Assembly: GCF_000011125.1 (NCBI RefSeq)
Contig: NC_000854.2
Span: 1,590,001 to 1,622,000, forward strand
Direction: 5' to 3'
DNA: 32,000 bases
Origin: Aeropyrum pernix K1
Lineage (GTDB): Archaea; Thermoproteota; Thermoprotei_A; Sulfolobales; Acidilobaceae
Under the pieces are notes generated by a model, which had not been told where the DNA came from, ran no database searches, and saw only the letters and a list, made by a program, of their open reading frames with translations. Each line of letters begins with the position of its first letter. Positions within the stretch are counted from its first letter, which is position 1. The position numbers were made by a program, and so were the translations under genes. Below, in pieces: positions 1-8,988 of this stretch.

Positions 1-303
1 TACAGCGCCCTAAAACCCGGGATTTATTTCGAGGAGACTCTTAAGGCGCTCTCTCTTGAAAACGTGTATGCAGACACAAGCGCTGCAGACCCCTTCTTTG
101 CTGCAATGGCTGTTAAGGAGGGCTATGCAGATAAAATCCTCTTCGGAAGCGACTATCCATACGTCTCCGGATACAACGTGGCAATGGCTGTCAAGGATAT
201 CCTATCACTGGACATAGACAATAACGATAAAGAAGCTGTACTAAGGTATAACGCGGAAAAACTACTAAACAGCCTACCACGCGGAAGGCAAAAACCTGGT
301 TGA
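1..303 (+). CDS. Amidohydrolase-family (amidohydrolase_2-like) metal-dependent hydrolase, C-terminal fragment (5' end outside window)
   Basis: The reading frame is open from base 1 (YSALKPGIYFEETLKALSLENVYADTS...), upstream of the listed GTG at 64. ILFGSDYPY plus the terminal RYNAEKLL is typical of the C-terminus of this family. Confidence 0.75.
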   Translation, partial: YSALKPGIYFEETLKALSLENVYADTSAADPFFAAMAVKEGYADKILFGSDYPYVSGYNVAMAVKDILSLDIDNNDKEAVLRYNAEKLLNSLPRGRQKPG

Positions 304-403
304 ACCGTAGAAGCTCCCCGCTATTATCCTGGGTATTAAAGTTATTTTCCCAGCTGCTTCCAACTTACATGAAGAGGTACAAGCTAGTCTTGGTGGATCG
401 GTC

Positions 404-1156
404 TTGGAGACAACTTATGCTCTAGTGACAGGTGGGAGCAGGGGTATTGGTAGGGCTACGGTTCTCCGTTTCGCCCGTGAAGGATGGAGTGTCGTGATCG
501 CCTACAAGTCGAGGGCTGATCTGGCTGAGAAGACTGCTGAGGAGGCTAGAAGGCTGGGGTCTCCAGAGGCTTACACTGTTAGAGTAGATGTTGGCGATCC
601 TGATAGTGTCACTGAGATGTCTAGTAGGGTTGGAGAGCTCATTCCCCATCTCAACGTGCTTGTAAATGCCGCAGGCGTTCTACAGCTAGGCGGGATAGAA
701 GAGACCTCTATAAGCGAGTGGGAGGAGACCCTGAGGGTTAATCTAACGGGAGTGTACCTTGTGACAAAACTGCTGCTACCCCTTCTAAGGAAGGCCAAAT
801 GGGCTTCCATTGTTAACGTTGCAAGTATTGCAGGGGAGACAGGAAACGTTGTGGCTGGTGTAGCGTACTCCGCCAGCAAAGCAGGGGTCATCGGTCTTAC
901 GAAGAGGCTGGCAGTCCAGCTTGCAGGCTACGGTATCAGGGTGAACGCTGTTGCACCCAGCTTCGTCGAGACCGACATGACCAGGAGTTTCCTCGACACT
1001 CCTGAGAAGAGGGAGAGGATAGCAAGTCTCCACCCGCTAAAAATAATACTCAAGCCTGAGGACGTTGCGGAGGCCATACTCTTCCTTGCAGACCCACGTA
1101 GGAGCAGGGGGATCACTGGCCATGTGCTGTCGATAAACGCAGGGAGACGCACCTAA
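404..1156 (+). CDS. Short-chain dehydrogenase/reductase (FabG-like)
   Basis: TGGSRGIG nucleotide-binding motif, NAAG, catalytic YSASKAG, C-terminal GHVLSINAG. TTG start preceded by a GGTGGA-like ribosome site. Confidence 0.93.
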   Translation: METTYALVTGGSRGIGRATVLRFAREGWSVVIAYKSRADLAEKTAEEARRLGSPEAYTVRVDVGDPDSVTEMSSRVGELIPHLNVLVNAAGVLQLGGIEETSISEWEETLRVNLTGVYLVTKLLLPLLRKAKWASIVNVASIAGETGNVVAGVAYSASKAGVIGLTKRLAVQLAGYGIRVNAVAPSFVETDMTRSFLDTPEKRERIASLHPLKIILKPEDVAEAILFLADPRRSRGITGHVLSINAGRRT

Positions 1157-1216
1157 TCAAGGCCTCGGAAAACGCCTGTGCAGAGTCCAAAACTGGGCTA
1201 AAGGGCTTAGACGAGC

Positions 1217-1678
1217 CTAGCCAGGCGCATCGGCTTGGGCTTCCACTCTACGGAGGCTATAGACGACCCTCCTACCGTCCCTCCTCTTTTCCACAATACC
1301 CCTTTCTACAAGGCGTTTGAGTACGCCGTAGACCCTGTTTTTAGACAGGCCTGTATCCCTGATTAGCTCAGATGGCGTTGCATCACCCTTCTCGAGATGC
1401 GATATAATTATGCCTTCATCCTCGAGCATCCCCTCCTCTACCGTTCCATTATGGCCTTCATACTCGGTTTCCCTACCACCCTCCTTCTCCACCCCTTGCA
1501 AGCTCTCCGTGGATCTGGCGTCTCTCCCCAAGGCTTGTGAGATTGAGGATATCCTCTCCTCCAGCCTGGCTAAAGCTGCTTCGAGAGCCTCGATTCTCCT
1601 CCTGTTTTCCTCGTTACTCCTCGCCAGTGTTTCGATGTCTCTCCGGTCGAATCCTAACAGAGCTTTGAGTAGTCCCAC
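1217..1678 (-). CDS. Transcriptional regulator with N-terminal heptad-rich (coiled-coil) segment and C-terminal winged helix
   Basis: N-terminal NEENRRRIEALEAALARLEERISSISQAL. C-terminal IIISHLEKGDATPSELIRDTGLSKNRVYGVLKRLVERGIVEKRRDGRRVVYSL reads as a wHTH. GTG start. Confidence 0.8.
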   Translation of the reverse strand: MGLLKALLGFDRRDIETLARSNEENRRRIEALEAALARLEERISSISQALGRDARSTESLQGVEKEGGRETEYEGHNGTVEEGMLEDEGIIISHLEKGDATPSELIRDTGLSKNRVYGVLKRLVERGIVEKRRDGRRVVYSLRRVEAQADAPG

Positions 1679-1841
1679 AGTCTAACACCCTAAGAACTCT
1701 TGGATTGTTCCCTACTATGCCGTATCTGGGATGGTGAGACACAAGTATTACAAGGTCCCCTGGTGCGCCCACCGTATATTCCATCAATTTTATTATGGAT
1801 AAATATCTGTGGGGGTGTATTGAGGTCTTGGTGGAACTCAT

Positions 1842-2843
1842 TTGGCGTTCAAGATTGTTTCTATGAGCCCGTTGCCTCCGCAGTTTGTCGAGGCCCTCTT
1901 CGACCCGTATAAGAAGGAGGTCGGCGATCTCAGAGTTGTGAGCGTCGCGGGCCTCCCGAGGGAAAGGGTTCTCGAGGAGCTGAGAGATGCTGATGTGGTG
2001 ATAGGAGACTATACTTTCCAGATGAGGATTGACGCCGAAATGTGCGCTGCTATGGAGAGGGTTAGGCTTGTCCAGCAGCCTAGCACGGGCTATGATCATA
2101 TAGATGTAGAGGCTTGTGCCAGACACGGTGTACCGGTGGCTAACGCGGGCGGGGCAAACGCGGTCTCGGTCGCCGAGTACACTATAATGGCAGCACTCGC
2201 TCTTCTGAAACGTCTTCTCTACGCCCACCGGGAAACCGTGGCGGGGGGCTGGCCCCAGTGGAGGCTGATGGAGATGGGGACGTTCGACCTCCAGGGTAAA
2301 ACCTGGGGTATCATAGGCCTGGGGCGAATTGGGAGGGAGGTGGCTAAGAGGCTCAGACCATTCGAGGTTAGAACCGTCTACTTTGACAAGGTCAGGATGG
2401 AGGATGCGGAGAGGGAGCTTGGAGTAGAATACAGGAGCCTATCTAGGCTGCTTAGAGAGAGCGATGTGGTGTCCATACACGTTCCTCTCACCAGCGAAAC
2501 CCGGGGGATGATAGGTGAGGGCGAGCTGAGGATGATGAAGCCCACCGCGGTCCTCATAAACCCTTCGAGAGGCGAGATTGTCGATGAGGAGGCTCTGGCC
2601 AGGGCGGTTAGGGAGAGGTGGATAGCTGGGGCGGCTGTCGATGTCTACAGCAGAGAGCCTCCTCCTCCCGACCACCCCTTAATAAGGGCTGCAGGGGAGG
2701 CAGACGTCAACCTAATCCTCACACCACACATAGCTGGCGCTAATACCGACGCCAGGTCGAGGATCATACAGTTCTCAATAGAGAATATCGTGAGAGTGTT
2801 GAAAGGGGGCAAGCCTGAGGCTGTCGTAAACATGAGGCTATAG
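1842..2843 (+). CDS. D-isomer-specific 2-hydroxyacid dehydrogenase (phosphoglycerate dehydrogenase-like)
   Basis: GIIGLGRIGREVAKRL Rossmann motif, SRGEIVDEEAL, and ILTPHIAGAN with the catalytic His. TTG start. Confidence 0.92.
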   Translation: MAFKIVSMSPLPPQFVEALFDPYKKEVGDLRVVSVAGLPRERVLEELRDADVVIGDYTFQMRIDAEMCAAMERVRLVQQPSTGYDHIDVEACARHGVPVANAGGANAVSVAEYTIMAALALLKRLLYAHRETVAGGWPQWRLMEMGTFDLQGKTWGIIGLGRIGREVAKRLRPFEVRTVYFDKVRMEDAERELGVEYRSLSRLLRESDVVSIHVPLTSETRGMIGEGELRMMKPTAVLINPSRGEIVDEEALARAVRERWIAGAAVDVYSREPPPPDHPLIRAAGEADVNLILTPHIAGANTDARSRIIQFSIENIVRVLKGGKPEAVVNMRL

Positions 2844-2859
2844 ACCCGGGTGACGGGAT

Positions 2860-4530
2860 GTGGCTACAGTCGCAGAGGCCATAGCTAGGGGGTTGGTGGC
2901 GGCTGGTGTAGCCAGGATCTATGGAATCATAGGAACTAGTATTGTCGACTTCGTGGATGCGCTGTACGACTACAGGGATAGGATCGATTTCGTCACCACG
3001 AGGCATGAGCAGGTCGCGGTGTCCGCGGCGGACGCGGAGTACAGGTCTACGAGGCGGCTGGCTGCGGCCGCGGTCCATGCAGGCCCAGGGTTTCTGAACA
3101 CCCTCATAAGCCTCGGGATAGCGGCTAAGGACAGGGTGCCCCTGCTGCTGGTCAGCGGGGGTGTTAGGAGGAGGTTAAGGGGTCTAGATGCCTGGCTCGA
3201 GGTTGACCAGGCTTCCATAGCACGGCCTCTCGTAAAGTACTACGGTGTTCTCGATAGTCCAGGCGAGGTCCTCGACGTACTCGTGGAGGCATTGAGGAGC
3301 GCCCTCTCGCCTCCCATGGGGCCGGCCGTTGTCGAGATTCCAGAGGACCTGTGGAGGTCGCAAACCACCGTTAGTGGTGAGGCCTTCGGCACCATCCCCA
3401 AGGCTCCGGTGGAGGGTCCTGGGTTGGGGGGGCATGGAAAAACCCTCTTCTCCATGCTGATGCAGGCGAGGAGGCCGGTTATACTTGCTACTGGCGAGCT
3501 TGTGTACAGCCCCGGCTTCAGTCAGGAGATGCTTCTCAGGCTTGCAGAGGCTACAGGGGCTTACATTGTTGTGAGTGGAAACGGGAGGGGCGCCTGCCCC
3601 GAGGACCATCCACGCTGCCTGGGGAGGATAGGGTTCGGCGGGGGTAGTCTAGCTGCTGACAGGGCGTTAGAGAATAGCGATATGGTGCTCGCCCTCGGCC
3701 ACGAGTTTGACGACATCACGACCTACGGGTATAACATGCTGCCGCAGGGCGACGTTGTCATGGTGTCGCAGGATCCCTCCGCAAAAGCGAGGCCCAGGTA
3801 TTATGACCTGGTAAACGCAAACCCTGTCCGCGCGCTGGAGGAGCTTTCGGAGATGGCTGAGGGTGTGAGGAGGCTTGAGGAGTGGGACAGGATGGTCCAG
3901 GAGTTTAGAAGAGAGTGGGGGGTGATGCTGGAGGAGGCTGTGAGGAGGGAGACAAGGCTGGCTAACCCGGATAGGTTCTTCAGGCTCCTCAACATGAGGA
4001 TCCCCCGGAACAGAGTAGTCAGCGGCGGGCAGGGGACACATATACTCTACGTATACAACCACATCCAGATATACACCCCCGGGAGCTTCCTCGCCGCCAC
4101 TAATCTTGGCGCCATGGGCTATGCGCTACCAGCCGTAATTGGATCGTCTAAAGCACTCCCCGGCGGTTACCACCTCTGCGTAGCAGGCGATGGGGAGCTG
4201 ATGATGACGGTTCAGGATATAGAAACTATAGTGAGGGAGGGCCTCGACGTCAAGATAGTGCTTGTGAACGATGACTCCTACAAGGTACTTTACCTCAGGC
4301 AGGTCCTCCAGAAAGGGGGTAGAGTATATGAGACCCTACTATCGAACCCTGACTTCTCGAGGCTTGCCGAGGCCTTTGGCGTTAGATACGCCAGCGTGAG
4401 CAGGTCCGGTGATGAGGAGGAGGGTCTCGAGGCCCTCACATCCCCCGGGCCAGCGCTTGTGGAGGTTAAGGTTGACCGCGACGACATTCCCCCTCTGAAC
4501 CTCGACTACACGTTGAGGATGAGTATGTAG
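2860..4530 (+). CDS. Thiamine-diphosphate-dependent enzyme of the acetolactate synthase / 2-oxoacid decarboxylase superfamily
   Basis: RHEQ (cofactor-activating Glu) near the N-terminus, central domain, and C-terminal GDGELMMTVQDIETIVREGLDVKIVLVNDD ThDP motif. GTG start 16 bp after the dehydrogenase stop. Confidence 0.88.
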   Translation: MATVAEAIARGLVAAGVARIYGIIGTSIVDFVDALYDYRDRIDFVTTRHEQVAVSAADAEYRSTRRLAAAAVHAGPGFLNTLISLGIAAKDRVPLLLVSGGVRRRLRGLDAWLEVDQASIARPLVKYYGVLDSPGEVLDVLVEALRSALSPPMGPAVVEIPEDLWRSQTTVSGEAFGTIPKAPVEGPGLGGHGKTLFSMLMQARRPVILATGELVYSPGFSQEMLLRLAEATGAYIVVSGNGRGACPEDHPRCLGRIGFGGGSLAADRALENSDMVLALGHEFDDITTYGYNMLPQGDVVMVSQDPSAKARPRYYDLVNANPVRALEELSEMAEGVRRLEEWDRMVQEFRREWGVMLEEAVRRETRLANPDRFFRLLNMRIPRNRVVSGGQGTHILYVYNHIQIYTPGSFLAATNLGAMGYALPAVIGSSKALPGGYHLCVAGDGELMMTVQDIETIVREGLDVKIVLVNDDSYKVLYLRQVLQKGGRVYETLLSNPDFSRLAEAFGVRYASVSRSGDEEEGLEALTSPGPALVEVKVDRDDIPPLNLDYTLRMSM

Positions 4531-4556
4531 CGCTCTGTTATGAGTTAATGTGTGTT

Positions 4557-5423
4557 TTAGAACTTTGTCAGACCCCCGCTACGCCGGGCTTTCTCCTCCA
4601 AGGTTTTGAAAACCATGTAGCCAGCTAGAGTGTAGGCTACGGCCTCGATGGCGAGCTTAATGAGCAAGCCTTCCACGCTGGATATGCCTCCACCCTTTAG
4701 CAGAAGGCTCCTAACAGCCTCGAGTGTAAGGGTTAGGGGGATGAGCTCGGCCGCCGTGTCTAGAGGGGACGGGAGGACCTCGACGGGGAACATCATGCCC
4801 GAGAGGAGCATTAGGAAGGGTGTTAGCATCACGTTAAAAGCGTGCGGCTCCTTCAGGTTTACTATTATCCCTCCCAGGAGAAGGCCCATCCCCACCATAC
4901 CAATAAACCCGAGTCCCAGAACTGCAGCGGCTTGCGGAGCCGCCTTTAGATGTAGGCTTCCGGAGCCGAATATGATTGTATAGTATGCTAGGACTATCAC
5001 AAGGTCCAGAAGGCTGACGCCGAGGCTCCCTAGGGCGTTGCCAAAGAGCCACGAGAACCTGCTGGCCGGGGTCACAAGGATAGCCTCCAAGGTCCCCTGC
5101 ACAAGCTCCCTATGGAGCCTCTCGCCAACGTCGAACAGAGTGGCGGTGAGCAGGCTGTAGAGCGAGAAGCCTATGGCTACGAAGGCCACGTAGTCCTTGT
5201 AGCCGAGGGCTTCGAAGGGGCTCGCGCCTCCGGCGAGCCTGGAGACGGCCCATGCGGTTGCTATCATGAACATTGGGACGCTGAGACGTACTAGCATGAA
5301 TCCCCATGTACTGTAGAGGGCTAGAAGATCCTTAGCATAAACCACAGCACTAGCTAGCAGCACCCTAACCCAGGCTGTGAGGTCCTCTCTAGAAGGTGTG
5401 AAGCCACCCGTACTTCTTCGCAA
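4557..5423 (-). CDS. ABC-2 type transporter permease
   Basis: Six-TM-like hydrophobic pattern with GTLEAILVTPASRFSWLFG and LSGMMFPVEVLP, typical of ABC-2 permeases. Confidence 0.85.
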   Translation of the reverse strand: MRRSTGGFTPSREDLTAWVRVLLASAVVYAKDLLALYSTWGFMLVRLSVPMFMIATAWAVSRLAGGASPFEALGYKDYVAFVAIGFSLYSLLTATLFDVGERLHRELVQGTLEAILVTPASRFSWLFGNALGSLGVSLLDLVIVLAYYTIIFGSGSLHLKAAPQAAAVLGLGFIGMVGMGLLLGGIIVNLKEPHAFNVMLTPFLMLLSGMMFPVEVLPSPLDTAAELIPLTLTLEAVRSLLLKGGGISSVEGLLIKLAIEAVAYTLAGYMVFKTLEEKARRSGGLTKF

Positions 5424-6216
5424 GACTCTCAGCCCACCTCACGAACAGGATTCCCGCTATTATACCTACGAGGGATATTAAGGCTAGCCTTAGAATAAGT
5501 GGAGAAACCTCATCTATAGGTGCTCCCTCCAGGAGCGAGATCCTAGCTGCTTCAATACCGTATGTGAGGGGGAGCGCATAGCCTATGTACTGGAGTGAAG
5601 CGGGGAGGATGGATAGGGGGAATGAGGATCCCGAGAAGAACCTTAGTGGATGCTGGATCGCGATGGCGATAGGTCCTGCGGACCGGGTGAGAACGTAGAG
5701 GCCTGCAAGGCCGATGCCCATAGACACAGCCCCCACCACCGCCATTGATACTGACAGGAGAGCGGCCAGCGGGTCAGCTATGTTGAAGCCCGTTCCCGTA
5801 GCCAGGAAGACTATCAAAGCTGCCGAGAAGCTTACCCAACCAGCGTCTAGCAGGCCGTAGATGCTAGAGCCGGTAAGCATTACCAGCCGGCTTGCAGGGG
5901 TTAGGAAAACAATCTCGAGGGTTCCGAACCACCTCTCCCTCTGTATTGCCATCCCCGCCCTCCAGTTGAGGGCGTTGAACAGGCTGAGGAGGACCTGGCC
6001 TAGTATGAGGAAGCCTACATAGTCCGCTGGCCACCCGTGCTTCTGGAGGGTCTGTGCGGTCTCGCCGAGAACCGCCCTGTAGGTGTAGATGAGTATGTAT
6101 GTCCAGATTATAGGTTGTATTAGGCTGTTGATTATCCAGGGTATATAAGTTATCCTAATCTTGAAGTCTCTGAGGGCAACGGCCTTGGCAACCCTGACAT
6201 GGTATATGATGCTCAC
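5389..6216 (-). CDS. ABC-2 type transporter permease
   Basis: GTLEIVFLTPASRLVMLTGSS and FSGSSFPLSILPASLQ. Paired with and overlapping the 4557..5423 gene. Confidence 0.85.
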   Translation of the reverse strand: MSIIYHVRVAKAVALRDFKIRITYIPWIINSLIQPIIWTYILIYTYRAVLGETAQTLQKHGWPADYVGFLILGQVLLSLFNALNWRAGMAIQRERWFGTLEIVFLTPASRLVMLTGSSIYGLLDAGWVSFSAALIVFLATGTGFNIADPLAALLSVSMAVVGAVSMGIGLAGLYVLTRSAGPIAIAIQHPLRFFSGSSFPLSILPASLQYIGYALPLTYGIEAARISLLEGAPIDEVSPLILRLALISLVGIIAGILFVRWAESLAKKYGWLHTF

Positions 6217-7184
6217 CCGCCTTCTCCCCCAGCTAGCTTTATAAACACGTCCTCGAGGCTCGGGCTCCTCACATCTAGCCCCCGGATACTGGCGTTTATG
6301 CGCGTGAGCTCTGCCAACAGAGCTTCTATGAACGAGTCGGGCTCGGAGACAAGCACCCTAAAAACTCTGGCCCCGTCACGCTCTACTACGCTAATTACCC
6401 TACCTCCGAGTCTTTCCAGCAACATACTAACCCTGTCTCCCCCCATCACTTTCAGTTCAATAACGCTCTCGCCGCCGACTAGCGACTTGAGGTCCTCAGG
6501 CGGGCCCTCAGCCACTATCCTACCCTTGCTTATTATAGCCACCCTGTCTGACAGCTCCTCCGCCTCTACCATGTAGTGCGTCGTCAGCAGGACAGTCCTC
6601 CCTTCCCGAACTATCCTCCGTATAATGCTTCTAACCTCCCTGGCGGCCTTGGGGTCTAGGCCTATAGTGGGCTCGTCTAGTAGAAGCACCTCCGGATCGT
6701 TTATAAGCCCCCGCGCTATATGGAGCCTCTGTTTCATCCCCTTGGAGTAGTTTTCAACCCTCACGTGAGCCCACTCCTCGAGGCCAACAATCTCGAGAAG
6801 CTCCTTAACTCTCCTCTTAGCCTCCCTCGGGGGTATGCCGTAGAGCTGGCTGAAGAACCATAGGTTATCCCAGCCCGAGAGCCTCCAGTAGAGAGCCCTC
6901 TCCCCTCCCAGCACAACCCCTATCCTGCTCCTCACATTGTTAGCCTCCCTAACGACGTCGAACCCGGCGACCCTGGCCCAGCCCGAGTCGGGAAGGAGGA
7001 GTGTGGAGAGTATCTTAACGAGAGTCGTCTTGCCAGCACCGTTAGGGCCCAGCAGCGAGAAGAGGGTCCCCCTACCGACTTTAAGATCGACACCGTCTAA
7101 GGCTCTGATAGTCCTAGCCCTCCATGGGAGCAAGCCCATCCTGTACTCCTTCACTAGAGCCTCCGCTTCTACCGCGTAACCCAC
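6213..7184 (-). CDS. ABC transporter ATP-binding protein (DrrA-like exporter ATPase)
   Basis: Walker A GPNGAGKTT, signature YSKGMKQRL, Walker B VLLLDEPTIGLDP, H-loop TTHYM. Confidence 0.95.
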   Translation of the reverse strand: MGYAVEAEALVKEYRMGLLPWRARTIRALDGVDLKVGRGTLFSLLGPNGAGKTTLVKILSTLLLPDSGWARVAGFDVVREANNVRSRIGVVLGGERALYWRLSGWDNLWFFSQLYGIPPREAKRRVKELLEIVGLEEWAHVRVENYSKGMKQRLHIARGLINDPEVLLLDEPTIGLDPKAAREVRSIIRRIVREGRTVLLTTHYMVEAEELSDRVAIISKGRIVAEGPPEDLKSLVGGESVIELKVMGGDRVSMLLERLGGRVISVVERDGARVFRVLVSEPDSFIEALLAELTRINASIRGLDVRSPSLEDVFIKLAGGEGG

Positions 7185-7338
7185 GGATTATGCTCCCCCC
7201 GCGGTGCAAGCCTGGATATGGTGGACGTTAGTTGAATAACCCCGGGATAATAACTAGGTAGTCTCCTGGGACTTTTAGGGTTGATAGACACGGCTGAGAT
7301 CACCTTATCTAGCTGTGTGAGGATAAGACGTTGAGAGT

Positions 7339-7758
7339 CTAGTCCGCCAGCCATGTCTGTTGCGGCTGAGCCTCCTCCACGTTTTGCCGGGGCCTGTCTT
7401 GACCGTTTATTTTTGAAAGAATGTCACCGCATTGGCTATTCCTAACCACCCATTTGCAGGACCATCTAGCAAGCTCCATTATTACGCTCCTCAGGTCCTC
7501 TCCCATCTCGGTAAGCCTATACCTAACCCTGACGGGCGGGCCCGGGTCTATAATCCTCTCAACTATTCCGAGTCTCCTGAGGTCCTCAAGGGTTTCTGAG
7601 AGCGTTTTGGACGATATGGCTCCTATACTTTTCTCCAGCTCAGCGAACCCCTTATCACCATCGAGAAGATGGTATACTATCACAAGGCTCCACTTTCTAG
7701 ACAACAGCCGGCTGGCCGCTGTGATCGGACAATCTCCAGAGTCCATTGTACATGACAC
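7339..7758 (-). CDS. HxlR/DUF24-family winged-helix transcriptional regulator
   Basis: N-terminal DCPI cysteine, ISSKTLSETLEDLRRLGIVERI and VRYRLTEMGEDL are hallmark HxlR segments. GTG start. Confidence 0.88.
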   Translation of the reverse strand: MSCTMDSGDCPITAASRLLSRKWSLVIVYHLLDGDKGFAELEKSIGAISSKTLSETLEDLRRLGIVERIIDPGPPVRVRYRLTEMGEDLRSVIMELARWSCKWVVRNSQCGDILSKINGQDRPRQNVEEAQPQQTWLAD

Positions 7759-7792
7759 CCTCTAGAGGCTGTCGCTTTCTAGACTATATTAG

Positions 7793-7807
7793 CTTTACTT
7801 TGTAAAG
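7793..7807. promoter_or_regulatory. Perfect inverted repeat CTTTAC-TTT-GTAAAG in the divergent hxlR / VOC intergenic region (candidate operator)
   Basis: Read directly: ...attagCTTTACTTTGTAAAGatgattt..., 35 bp upstream of the regulator start. Confidence 0.5.
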
Positions 7808-7928
7808 ATGATTTATGTTAGGTGGCAGCTGTGGAAACTATTAGAGCTGACAAGTCTTTCACGCGGCGTCACCCGTCAAAGCAGCCCCTTATCACAACCC
7901 TACCCTATCTTCTTGGAGGTAGGTAAAT

Positions 7929-8675
7929 TTGCGCCATGGCTTTGTCATACGAAAGGCTGTCCTGATTGTGAGGAGGCTTGATGAGGCCGAGAGATTCTAT
8001 ACGGCCATCCTCAACAGGCCTCCGGAGCCTGTGCAGGGAGGGCTCCTTTACAGGCTTGAAGGCGGGTCAGAGCTGCTGCTCCGCCAAAACCCTCGGGCGA
8101 GGCGTCCTCTACCGGGTGCTGCGGGGCTCTACCATATAGCTTTCACCGTCGATAAGCCTGGGGCGTTGCCAGCTGTGGTTGAAAAGCTCAGATCGCTGGG
8201 TTCACCTCTGCTGGGGGCTTCTGACCATTGTTTCACGCTAGCAGTCTATACACTGGACCCGGAGGGGAACGGTGTTGAGGTTTACTGGGATAAGGATGAG
8301 CCTTGCGAGAGGCTAGTGACAAAACCTCTGGATCCGAGGGCGCTGACTATGGGAGGCTCACATTTGGGCTACAGGACCTCTATAGGCCATATACACCTTA
8401 AAGTTGCCGGGCTAGAGGAGGCTGAGGTTTTCTACACTAAGATCCTCGGTATGAGCGTCACCGAGAGGGGCTATCCCGGCGCCCTGTTCTTTGCCTATGG
8501 GGACTACCATCATCATGTCGCCGCCAACATATGGGAGACTAGATGGGGGGCTAGGGGTTCTAGGCCACAAGGGCCTGTGGTGGGCCTTGAGAGCTATACT
8601 CTGAGGCCTCCCAATGGTGAGGCGGATCCCGGCATATACGAGGACCCTGCGGGCGTGCAGGTCATTATAGTCTAG
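7929..8675 (+). CDS. VOC/glyoxalase superfamily protein with two domains (CatE / catechol-2,3-dioxygenase-like)
   Basis: Two repeats of the fold: KAVLIVRRLDEAERFY...ILNRP and HIHLKVAGLEEAEVFYTKILGM. Putative metal ligands in HIHL, YHHHVAANIW and ESYTL. TTG start after GGAGGT. Confidence 0.85.
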   Translation: MRHGFVIRKAVLIVRRLDEAERFYTAILNRPPEPVQGGLLYRLEGGSELLLRQNPRARRPLPGAAGLYHIAFTVDKPGALPAVVEKLRSLGSPLLGASDHCFTLAVYTLDPEGNGVEVYWDKDEPCERLVTKPLDPRALTMGGSHLGYRTSIGHIHLKVAGLEEAEVFYTKILGMSVTERGYPGALFFAYGDYHHHVAANIWETRWGARGSRPQGPVVGLESYTLRPPNGEADPGIYEDPAGVQVIIV

Positions 8676-8988
8676 CACTCTCATGCAGGCTATCATCCCC
8701 TCTCTACCCTGGAGGCGGATCCCGGTAAGTATGGTGTACAGGGAATTACTGGAGAGTACTATAAGACTTGTGAGCAGGCACAGGATGAGGGCTTGGTGGC
8801 TCGTACGTGGAATACTCCAGGCTAGGCAAGACAGGTAACAGGTATTAAGGTATCACGTGGATCTCTGCGTCCTCTAGATCGATCGAATTCCCCGATGACA
8901 TCGCCTGGATACCATGAGTACACCTTAACTTCAACCTCGCCCCTACCTCCTAGCCCTCTCCACTAGCAATTGCGGATGGTAGAAGTCT

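Noticed and set aside
1614-2228. 204-aa minus-strand ORF across the hydroxyacid dehydrogenase start
   Set aside because: Mostly antisense to a clearly coding gene, and the sequence is low in recognisable motifs. Long shadow ORFs are expected in this codon-biased genome.
3184-4062. Minus-strand ORFs 3184..3609 and 3667..4062 inside the ThDP enzyme gene
   Set aside because: Antisense shadows of a well-supported enzyme, with Pro/His/Arg-rich composition typical of spurious frames.
5110-5307. Overlapping short ORFs on both strands in the ABC-2 permease region
   Set aside because: Embedded in the supported permease frame and lacking motifs.
7169-7354. 61-aa minus-strand ORF bridging hxlR and the ABC ATPase gene
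   Set aside because: Overlaps both supported genes at its ends, has no motif, and the interval is better explained as a promoter.
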